This document shows positions 62,601 to 64,000 of a stretch of DNA of 64,000 bases, one piece after another; within the stretch, counting starts at the first letter, position 1; each line of letters begins with the position of its first letter. This stretch comes from an uncultured Acidobacteriota bacterium (GTDB taxonomy: Bacteria; Acidobacteriota; Thermoanaerobaculia; Multivoradales; UBA5704), in the NCBI GenBank assembly GCA_963770895.1, contig CAVYRF010000002.1:5536001-5600000 (forward strand), written 5' to 3'. Both the position numbers and the translations under genes were made by a program. The notes beneath the pieces are model-generated. The model was given only the letters and a program-made list of their open reading frames with translations. It was not told where the DNA came from and did not search any database.

Positions 62601-64000
62601 GTGACGCCTGTGCCGCCAAGATCCGAACGGCAGAGCCCAGCCGGCGAGCAGCCCTCCCTCGAGCGCTACGACGGCACCGAGATCGCCATCATCGGCATGG
62701 CCTGCCGGTTGCCCGGCGCCAACGACATCGAGCAGTTCTGGCACAACCTGTGCCGCGGCGTCGAGGCGCTGGTTCAGTTGAGCGACCAGGACCTGGCGGC
62801 CGCCGGCGTCCCGGCCGCGGTGGCGCACGGTGCGAACTACGTCCGCAGCGTGCCGGTGCTCGACCAGGTCGAGATGTTCGACGCCGGTTTCTTCGGCTAT
62901 ACGCCGCTGGAAGCCCGGCTCATGGACCCGCAGCACCGGCTGTTCCTGGAGTGCGCCTGGGAGGCCTTCGAGCGCGCCGGCTACGACCCGCAGCGCTGCG
63001 GCGGGCGGGCGGGGGTGTTCACCGGCGCCAAGACCAACACCTACCTGTTCAGCTTGTTCTCCGATCGCGAGCTGTTCGGCTCGCTCGACAGCTTCCAGAT
63101 CGCCCTGGGCGGCGACCTGGCGGCGATGGCGACGCGGGTTTCCTACAAGCTCGATTTGCGCGGCCCCAGCTACGCCCTGCACACCGCCTGCTCGACCTCC
63201 CTGGTGGCGATCCACCTGGCCTGCCAGAGCCTGCTGCTGGGCGAGTGCCGGGTGGCGCTGGCCGGCGGCGCGGCGATCAACGTGCCGCACCGCCGCGGTT
63301 ACCCGTATCAAAAGGGCGGCATCCTGTCGCCGGACGGCAGCTGCCGCACCTTCGACGCGCGCGCGGCGGGCAGCAACTTCGGCAACGGCGTCGGCGCGGT
63401 CCTGCTCAAGCGGCTGGAAGACGCCCTGGCCGACGGCGATCACATCCACGCCCTGATCCGCGGCTCGGCCACCAACAACGACGGCGCCGCCAAGGCGAGC
63501 TACACCGCTCCCGGCGTCGAGGGCCAGACCGAGGTGCTGCTGGAAGCCATGGCCAGCGCCGGCATCGAGGCATCCAGCCTTTCCTATATCGAAGCGCACG
63601 GCACCGCCACCGAGTTGGGCGACGCCATCGAAATGCTGGCGCTTGCCAACGCTTTCAAGGCTGCCGGTTGGGGGCGCGCCGGCGACGGGAGCGCGCCGGC
63701 GCGCTGTGCGATCGGTTCGGTCAAGACCAACCTGGGCCACCTGGAAACCGCCGCCGGCGTCGCCGGCGTGATCAAGACCGCGCTGGCGCTGGAGCACCGG
63801 CAGATCCCGGCAAGCCTGCACTTCGAGCACCCCAACCCGCGCATCGACTTTGCCAGCAGCCCCTTCTACGTCAACACCCAGCTGGCCGACTGGCCCGCCG
63901 GAGCGGCGCCGCGGCGGGCCGGCGTCAGCTCCTTCGGCATCGGCAGCACCAACGCCCACGCCATCCTCGAAGAAGCTCCCGCGCCCCTGCCGCCGGCGCC
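62601..64000 (+). CDS. Type I PKS (hybrid NRPS/PKS-type) ketosynthase domain, truncated by the window edge; absent from the ORF track
   Basis: Frame from GTG 62601/62610: EIAIIGMACRLPGA, MDPQHRLFLE, catalytic HTACSTSLVA, EAHGTATELGD, GSVKTNLGHLE, GVSSFGIGSTNAH. Confidence 0.95.
   Translation, partial: MTPVPPRSERQSPAGEQPSLERYDGTEIAIIGMACRLPGANDIEQFWHNLCRGVEALVQLSDQDLAAAGVPAAVAHGANYVRSVPVLDQVEMFDAGFFGYTPLEARLMDPQHRLFLECAWEAFERAGYDPQRCGGRAGVFTGAKTNTYLFSLFSDRELFGSLDSFQIALGGDLAAMATRVSYKLDLRGPSYALHTACSTSLVAIHLACQSLLLGECRVALAGGAAINVPHRRGYPYQKGGILSPDGSCRTFDARAAGSNFGNGVGAVLLKRLEDALADGDHIHALIRGSATNNDGAAKASYTAPGVEGQTEVLLEAMASAGIEASSLSYIEAHGTATELGDAIEMLALANAFKAAGWGRAGDGSAPARCAIGSVKTNLGHLETAAGVAGVIKTALALEHRQIPASLHFEHPNPRIDFASSPFYVNTQLADWPAGAAPRRAGVSSFGIGSTNAHAILEEAPAPLPPA

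Noticed and set aside
62493-63959. 488-aa minus-strand ORF
   Set aside because: Antisense to the PKS ketosynthase, which is the real gene.

Overview
Very GC-rich bacterial chromosomal DNA. Gene content points to Acidobacteriota, probably Thermoanaerobaculia-like (inference from ADOP-type duplicated ABC permeases, expanded XRE-HTH/TPR proteins, a TPR-CHAT protease and a KLTLRRETL...GG peptide precursor). Left to right: a TolC/MacA/ABC/two-permease efflux operon carrying a palindromic MITE/REP-like element; a cyclic beta-1,2-glucan synthase (ndvB/chvB-like) split by a frameshift near a G7 run; HTTM plus two SGNH proteins; an accessory island (18.6-30.5 kb); a DUF1800/DUF1501 pair; a mosaic toxin-antitoxin region with intact vapBC; a cold-shock gene; an orphan lanthipeptide-like precursor; MmcQ, pirin, an ADOP permease and two glycosyltransferases; two hybrid histidine kinases (one poly-HAMP); an enoyl-CoA hydratase; and the start of a biosynthetic cluster (permease, sbnB, sbnA, type I PKS running off the right edge). 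The best candidate for an undescribed system is the island. It holds three paralogous XRE-HTH/TPR proteins around a small secreted polyprotein with four tandem PQNR-C-x-x-DP[DN]G-x(1-3)-C units, followed by a probably exported TPR-CHAT caspase-like protease and a Cys-rich partner. It resembles an RRNPP-type peptide-signalling or proteolytic-signalling module in a diderm bacterium. No rRNA, tRNA or CRISPR array was seen. All calls are by eye from motifs; no database search was run.
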